Assembly: GCA_964352335.1 (NCBI GenBank)
Contig: CAYGRO010000002.1
Span: 13,138 to 77,137, forward strand
DNA length: 64,000 nucleotides
Source: an uncultured Gammaproteobacteria bacterium
GTDB taxonomy: Bacteria; Patescibacteriota; Patescibacteriia; VMEV01; CAYQCH01
Reading direction: 5' to 3'
Shown piece by piece: positions 59,056-64,000 of the stretch. Both the position numbers and the translations under genes were made by a program. A model generated the notes under the pieces. That model made no database searches, was not told where the DNA came from, and was given only the letters and a program-made list of their open reading frames with translations. The first letter of the stretch is position 1, and every line of letters starts with the position of its first letter.

Positions 59056-60417
59056 CTAAAATTGTGCCAATGCTCGATGTATTACTTCTGGTAAAGCAGG
59101 ATGAACATGAATTGTATTAACAATTTCACTGATTTTCCCTTTTCTACGCATCACTGGAAGAACTTCATGAATTAATGTAGAAGCTTCTGGACCGAGTATA
59201 TGGCAACCTAAAATTGTTTCTCCTTTTTCATCAGCCAGCACTTTTACAAAAGATGTTTCATCTCTAAATGCCATTCCCATTCCAGTATTTTTATAATCAT
59301 AACGAGAGACTTTGTATTTAACGCCTGCTTCTTTTAATTCTTGTTCTGTTTTACCAACCCCAGCCATTTGTGGCGAAGTAAAGACAGCATATGGCATGGC
59401 GGTATAATCAATTTTAGATTTTTTTGGGAGGAATAGATTTTTCACAATCCCTTCTGCTTCTAAATTTGCCGAATGTTTAAAAAAGTATTTACCAGCAATA
59501 TCCCCCAATGCCCACACACCTGGCACAGAAGTCTCTAAATAATCATTATTTGTGATATAGCCACGATCTGTTAAGTCATACCCAACTTCTTTTAACTTTA
59601 ACGTATCTGTATTCGGCTTTCTCCCAACAACAACCAATAATTGATCTGACGTAATAGTAGATTTCTTTTTCGTTGCAAGATTTTCAACTTGTACTTTGAT
59701 CTTCCCCTTCACCTTGCTTACACTCATCGCATTTGAATTGAGCAATACTTTATGTTTTTTAGAAAACTCTTCTGTAAAGGTTTTTGAGATATCTTGATCA
59801 GTATTCTTTAACATTTGATCCCCCCTTTCAATAATTGTGACCTTTGATCCTAATGCCCCAAAAAAATGAGACAATTCTGCAGAAATATATCCACCACCAA
59901 TAACGGTCAACGTTTTTGGAAGCTTTTTCAGTCGTAAAGCTTCTTTACTTGTGAGGTAATCTACTTTATCTAAACCAGGAATAGGTGGTACAAATGGCCG
60001 ACCTCCTGCGGCAATAATAATTTTATCGGCAGTAATTGTTTCTTTTCCAACTTGAATAACTTTTTTATCGATAAACTTTGCCTTCTTTTGAAAAACCGTA
60101 ATATTTGGATTCTGCTTATTCCCTGCCAATACATTTTTTGCATCTTGATCAACTGTTTTTGAAACTCGCTCAATAAGTTCAGAGAATTTCACCCCATTGT
60201 ATTTAGCTTTGATTGAATACTTACTGGCATTCTTGATTGATTCAACAATATCAGCCGCATGAATCAGCATTTTTGAAGGAATACACCCACGATTCAAACA
60301 AGTCCCCCCAAATGGCCCCGAATCCACCACAGCAACCTTCCACCCCTGAGCAGCCGCCGTAGAAGACACCGTCAATCCAGACCCCGCCCCAATAACAATC
60401 AAATCAAATTTTTTCAT
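59056..60417 (-). CDS. FAD-dependent pyridine nucleotide-disulfide oxidoreductase (dihydrolipoyl dehydrogenase-like)
   Basis: IVIGAGSGL FAD fold. GGTCLNRGCIPSK redox-active disulfide. C-terminal dimerisation domain ending with HPALPE. The start is taken at MKKFD (ATG at 60415-60417); the longer track ORF reads through upstream palindromic DNA. Confidence 0.85.
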   Translation of the reverse strand: MKKFDLIVIGAGSGLTVSSTAAAQGWKVAVVDSGPFGGTCLNRGCIPSKMLIHAADIVESIKNASKYSIKAKYNGVKFSELIERVSKTVDQDAKNVLAGNKQNPNITVFQKKAKFIDKKVIQVGKETITADKIIIAAGGRPFVPPIPGLDKVDYLTSKEALRLKKLPKTLTVIGGGYISAELSHFFGALGSKVTIIERGDQMLKNTDQDISKTFTEEFSKKHKVLLNSNAMSVSKVKGKIKVQVENLATKKKSTITSDQLLVVVGRKPNTDTLKLKEVGYDLTDRGYITNNDYLETSVPGVWALGDIAGKYFFKHSANLEAEGIVKNLFLPKKSKIDYTAMPYAVFTSPQMAGVGKTEQELKEAGVKYKVSRYDYKNTGMGMAFRDETSFVKVLADEKGETILGCHILGPEASTLIHEVLPVMRRKGKISEIVNTIHVHPALPEVIHRALAQF

Positions 60418-60477
60418 AAATAACCCAAAATTAAGGTTCAAACCCTCACTAGCATTGTACCACGAATGGCTCCCCAC

Positions 60478-60548
60478 CCCCTTGTCATTCCTGCGCAGGC
60501 AGGAATCTCCCGATATTGATGAGATACCCGCCTGCGCGGGCATGACAA
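60478..60548. repeat. GC-rich palindromic element with TTGTCATT...ATGACAA termini (second copy of the family)
   Basis: CTTGTCATTCCTGCGCAGGCAGGAATCTCCCGATATTGATGAGATACCCGCCTGCGCGGGCATGACAAGG. Two internal short hairpins, and the outer arms are inverted with 2-3 mismatches. Confidence 0.55.
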
Positions 60549-60645
60549 GGATTTATATCGAGCAACTTTATGAAACAATAATCAACCCAACAAAATCAAA
60601 AACCCTCCTCAAAACAAGAAGGGTTAATTGATCAAGAAAATTCAA

Positions 60646-61878
60646 TTATGAATTGCTCGGTTCTACTTTAGGACTATCCATTTTCTTCTCTTTCATTTTC
60701 AACCAGTAGAAAACCCCACCAGCAGTTAATAAGAGAATAATAATCACAGCCCAAATATTATGCAGAATCATTGAAACCAAAATGGTAATAATTGTTGCAA
60801 CCAAACTGACAATAAATGTCGCGATCTTAACAACAGATCGTGTTAAATGTGCAAGGAATGGAATAACGGCAGCTAATACACCAATAGGACCAAAGACCAT
60901 ATTAAGCCCAATCCACATCATTAAGAAACCAACAAGACGGAAAACCCAAAGCATTGTTTTGTATTCACCATGTAAAGTTGATACAGCTTGTTCTGGAGAA
61001 GACCCAGGAAAAGCACGGTAAAGTGTATTTCCTTCTTTATCTAAGAAAGGCAAAATTGAATCCCCTTTTAGTTTTCCAAATACAATTACATCTTGATTTG
61101 ATTCAATAACTTTATAGCTAATTCTTGTATCACCAACTTCTGGTGCAGTAATTGTTCCAAAACCATTGAAGATATATTTAGTTCCAGCTAATTCTGCTGT
61201 TGACTCTTCTGAAATAACTGTATTTTCTTCAGTCAATACAAGTAATTCTGCTGAAGGCATAACAAGAGACTTAGGATCAACACTATACACACCTAACATT
61301 GCTGAATTAGCTGTGCTTGTAAGATCGTCAACCTGTTTTGAAGAATTTTCATGTCCTGCAGGAATTTTAAAATCTGCAGATTCTGCTGGATTACTCACCC
61401 AATCTTTTGAATAAGTATAAGTTGTTTCTGTTTCTTCAGAACCACCAAGTTTTTCTTCTGACTTGGTACTTGTTTTTTCTACCCATGAATAAACTTCTAC
61501 TAAACGTTGCACTTTTAGATAATTACTTGGTTGTAAAAACAAATCATCTGATAAAAGATCTTCTGTTATTAATGAACCAGCGGCTGAAACTAATGAATCT
61601 TCTAATTCTGCATCTGTATTTATTTCTGCAGATGAAATAGCAATGGCATCATCAGCGACTTTTGAAAGATCTGCTCTTCCTTCGTTCCAAAAGAGAACAC
61701 CAAAAGAACCAAGAAATAAAATAACTCCAACTAACATCCCACTTAAAGAACTTCCTAAACGACTTCCCCACCCTCGTTTTGAAGTTTCCGTAAAAACGTC
61801 TGGCATAGCGCAAATTTTAATAATGAATATAAATGAATTGTATTTTGATTCCACTTGTTTTACAAGGGATAAAAACAA
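60646..61878 (-). CDS. hypothetical membrane protein
   Basis: 410 aa. Two N-terminal TM helices, a large extracytoplasmic domain and several C-terminal TM helices. Confidence 0.4.
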   Translation of the reverse strand: MFLSLVKQVESKYNSFIFIIKICAMPDVFTETSKRGWGSRLGSSLSGMLVGVILFLGSFGVLFWNEGRADLSKVADDAIAISSAEINTDAELEDSLVSAAGSLITEDLLSDDLFLQPSNYLKVQRLVEVYSWVEKTSTKSEEKLGGSEETETTYTYSKDWVSNPAESADFKIPAGHENSSKQVDDLTSTANSAMLGVYSVDPKSLVMPSAELLVLTEENTVISEESTAELAGTKYIFNGFGTITAPEVGDTRISYKVIESNQDVIVFGKLKGDSILPFLDKEGNTLYRAFPGSSPEQAVSTLHGEYKTMLWVFRLVGFLMMWIGLNMVFGPIGVLAAVIPFLAHLTRSVVKIATFIVSLVATIITILVSMILHNIWAVIIILLLTAGGVFYWLKMKEKKMDSPKVEPSNS

Positions 61879-61934
61879 CTAGCCCTTTACATAATTGAAA
61901 TTTTTATGTATGGTATATGGATTAATCACTTCCT

Positions 61935-62651
61935 ATGGAAACTCTACGCCTTCAAAAATTTATCGCAGACCAAGGGGTTGCATCTCGTCGAAAAGCCGAG
62001 GATCTTATTCGTGAAGGAAGAGTTCGTGTAAACGGAGAAGTGGCTCATATTGGCCAAAAAATCAACCCAGAAGTCGACCAAGTTGTCATTAAAGGACAAA
62101 GCTTGCAAGTAAGATCATCTGAGCCAATTGTGTATATTTTCAATAAACCAAAAGGGATTACTAGTACAACCAGAAAATTCAAAGGAGAAAAGAATATTCT
62201 CAGCTTTTTTCCTAATACTCACCGTTTATTCCCTGCTGGACGACTAGATAAAGATTCTCGAGGCATGATGATTATTACCAATGATGGTGAATTAGCCAAT
62301 GAAATCATGCATCCATCGAAACAGTCAGAAAAAGAGTATATTGTTACGACCTATGAACCATTAGATGACCTTGCCATGAAACGACTTAGACAAGGAATTA
62401 CCTACGAAAAAATCAACTATAAGCTTATTTCGGCAAAAGAGTTAAAGAAAAATGAATACCGTATCGTCCTTGGAGAAGGAAAAAAACGTCATATTCGTAT
62501 GATGTTTAGAGCCTTGAATGTAAAAATCCGTGATTTATACAGAAAACGTATAAATGACCTAGAAATAGGAAAGCTCCCCGTTGGAAAGTATAAAGAGCTC
62601 ACTCAAGAAGAAATAGCTCTCGTTTTACAAAATAGTCGAAAAAAGCGCTAA
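61935..62651 (+). CDS. rluB: pseudouridine synthase, RsuA/RluB family
   Basis: S4 domain (RLQKFIADQGVASRRKAEDLIREGRVRVNG). Catalytic GRLDKDSRGMMIITNDGELA motif. Confidence 0.85.
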   Translation: METLRLQKFIADQGVASRRKAEDLIREGRVRVNGEVAHIGQKINPEVDQVVIKGQSLQVRSSEPIVYIFNKPKGITSTTRKFKGEKNILSFFPNTHRLFPAGRLDKDSRGMMIITNDGELANEIMHPSKQSEKEYIVTTYEPLDDLAMKRLRQGITYEKINYKLISAKELKKNEYRIVLGEGKKRHIRMMFRALNVKIRDLYRKRINDLEIGKLPVGKYKELTQEEIALVLQNSRKKR

Positions 62652-62668
62652 ATCAAGCGCTTTTTTTA
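62640..62668 (+). terminator. rho-independent terminator overlapping the rluB stop
   Basis: AAGCGC-TAAATCAA-GCGCTT stem-loop followed by TTTTTTT. Confidence 0.55.
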
Positions 62669-62731
62669 ATGTAAAAATACAACTAAAAAACTATTTATCA
62701 TAAAGTGACATAGGTGCATATTTACAAAAAA

Positions 62732-64000
62732 TTACAGAGTTGTATCATCTTCTTCCCCAGTTGCAATGGTTGGTACAAATGCTTTTTCAAATAATCGTAA
62801 CTTCCCTTTTATTCCTTGTTCGTAATAGAGATACTCCTCGTTTCCAATAAAACGCAAAACGAATAAATAGATTAAACCACCAATCACTGATGGCAATAAG
62901 AAGTGAATAAAAACCCCTTTTACCGTGAGTAAATTTAATAAGGGTCCCGAAAATTCTTTGATCAACTGAATTACTAAAATCATAGCACCAGAAGCAATAA
63001 TTGTTTGCCAGATTGTTTGTCTTAAACAACGGATCTCTTCATCTGCTTTTATCTTTAGTAATGACGCCAATAAAACTAATTGTAAAAAGCTTGCCACACT
63101 AAAAGCAAAAGCTAATCCCACGACACCATTTTCAAATAATTCAACAAACCAATAGCTTAACCCTATCGTTGCAACTAAACCAGCAAGCGCTGAATATAAC
63201 GGATACTTGGTATTCTTTTTTGCATAAAAACCACGAGACAAAAGTGGTATAAGCGCTTGTGCAAAAAGCCCAGGAACAAAATAGAGTAATGTTTTAGCTG
63301 TCACTAAAGTTGAATTCCAACTAAATTCTCCAGCACCATATACTAATCGAACAATTTGTTCATCGAGTAGAATAAAGAGAACAATGGTTGGCATTAAAAA
63401 AAATAAGATTTGAGAAACCGTTTTATAAATTGTATAAGCAAATTCAGATTCTTTCCCTTCTGCAATATATTCAGACAAAACAGGAAAAGCCGAAACGGCA
63501 AATGAAATTCCAAAAAGCCCAATTGGTACATGAGCGAGATTACTAGCAAAATTGAAAATAGTGAGACTTCCTTGCTCAAGACTCGTCGCAAAAATAGTTA
63601 CAACAAGTAAGTTTACTTGAAAAATGACTAAACTTATTGTTCGTGGTCCCATTAGAGAGATAATCTCTTTCAATCCTTTTGTTTGCCAAATATTTTTAAA
63701 ACTCCAAATAAAACCAAGCTTCATTGCAATGGTAGATTGCATAATCAAATGTAAAAAAGCACCAAGCACAACTCCATATGCCAAACCAATAAGCCCAAAT
63801 GGTTTTACAAGAAAAAACACACCAAAAATAATTCCAATATTATACAAAATCGGCGCGAGAGAATAGGCTAAAAATCTTTTAAACGTTTGCAAAACTCCTC
63901 CAAAAACAGAGCTAATGCCTAGCAAGATAGGAGAAGCCAACATAATTCTTGTAAGCAAAATTGTTTGATCTAATTGATCAGGGTTAAAACCTGGAGTAAT
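62732..64000 (-). CDS. murJ: lipid II flippase MurJ (partial; N-terminus beyond window end)
   Basis: Polytopic MATE-like fold. LSRGFYAKKNTKYP matches the MurJ RxFYAxxDTxTP motif. The reading frame stays open to position 64000. Confidence 0.7.
   Translation of the reverse strand: MTPGFNPDQLDQTILLTRIMLASPILLGISSVFGGVLQTFKRFLAYSLAPILYNIGIIFGVFFLVKPFGLIGLAYGVVLGAFLHLIMQSTIAMKLGFIWSFKNIWQTKGLKEIISLMGPRTISLVIFQVNLLVVTIFATSLEQGSLTIFNFASNLAHVPIGLFGISFAVSAFPVLSEYIAEGKESEFAYTIYKTVSQILFFLMPTIVLFILLDEQIVRLVYGAGEFSWNSTLVTAKTLLYFVPGLFAQALIPLLSRGFYAKKNTKYPLYSALAGLVATIGLSYWFVELFENGVVGLAFAFSVASFLQLVLLASLLKIKADEEIRCLRQTIWQTIIASGAMILVIQLIKEFSGPLLNLLTVKGVFIHFLLPSVIGGLIYLFVLRFIGNEEYLYYEQGIKGKLRLFEKAFVPTIATGEEDDTTL

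Noticed and set aside
60430-60450. tRNA-like T-arm string AAGGTTCAAACCCTC
   Set aside because: No complementary T-stem, acceptor stem or anticodon arm can be drawn around it. No tRNA genes were found in the window.
60418-60543. N-terminal extension of the lpd ORF (MPAQAGISSISGDSCLRR...)
   Set aside because: It is a translation of the GC-rich palindromic element. The FAD-binding fold starts at MKKFDLIVIGAGSG.
1-64000. CRISPR arrays, rRNA, integrase/transposase genes, alternative genetic code
   Set aside because: No short direct-repeat arrays and no rRNA-like conserved strings were seen. There are no recombinase motifs. Genes terminate with TAA/TAG and full-length products are obtained with the standard table, so nothing suggests recoding.

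Overview
The window is AT-rich (about 30-35% GC by eye), gene-dense bacterial chromosome. Most genes are housekeeping and cell-envelope genes, and most lie on the minus strand. The reduced gene set, with FemAB, many small membrane proteins and tightly coupled genes, suggests a small-genome lineage such as Patescibacteria/CPR. This is an inference, not a sequence match.

Supported gene content, in order:
- 1-6.5 kb: an ABC transporter pair (MacB/FtsX-type); three glycosidases (a clan GH-A hydrolase, a GH1 beta-glucosidase and a DUF2233 phosphodiester glycosidase); a dual-specificity phosphatase.
- 6.5-20 kb: a Kef-type cation/proton antiporter, fmt-def-priA, clpB preceded by a near-perfect CIRCE operator, a TagA/WecG glycosyltransferase fused to a NUDIX hydrolase, and gltX.
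- 20-30 kb: an M23 peptidase; a cell-wall cluster on the minus strand (FtsQ-like, FemAB, DegT aminotransferase, a MurF-like ligase with an N-terminal membrane domain); an alpha/beta hydrolase; serS.
- 30-43 kb: a GC-rich gene (below), a cytidylyltransferase, lysS, greA, pbp2-mreD-mreC-mreB, rseP, frr, a BNR-repeat protein, holB and a second mreB.
- 43-50 kb: a surface-glycan cluster (two GT2 genes plus a membrane-embedded processive GT2 synthase with a QxxRW motif) and a cyclophilin.
- 50-64 kb: uvrC, uvrA and uvrB (with a truncated OLD/ABC-like ATPase fragment between uvrA and uvrB), a DUF559 endonuclease-like gene, an HD hydrolase, an Lpd-type flavoprotein disulfide reductase, rluB and a partial murJ.

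No tRNA, rRNA or CRISPR array was found.

The strongest anomaly is a ~0.7 kb island at about 31.0-31.7 kb. It is about 63% GC against about 32% in the flanks. It encodes one secreted, Lys/Glu-rich coiled-coil protein with its own sigma70-like promoter, a strong Shine-Dalgarno, a GTG start and a terminator hairpin.

Second is a family of GC-rich palindromic elements with conserved TTGTCAT...ATGACAA ends, found in the 5' leaders of ppi, uvrA and lpd.

Third is a PriA homolog with degenerate Walker A and DEAH motifs.

Fourth is the FtsQ/FemAB/DegT/membrane-MurF cluster.
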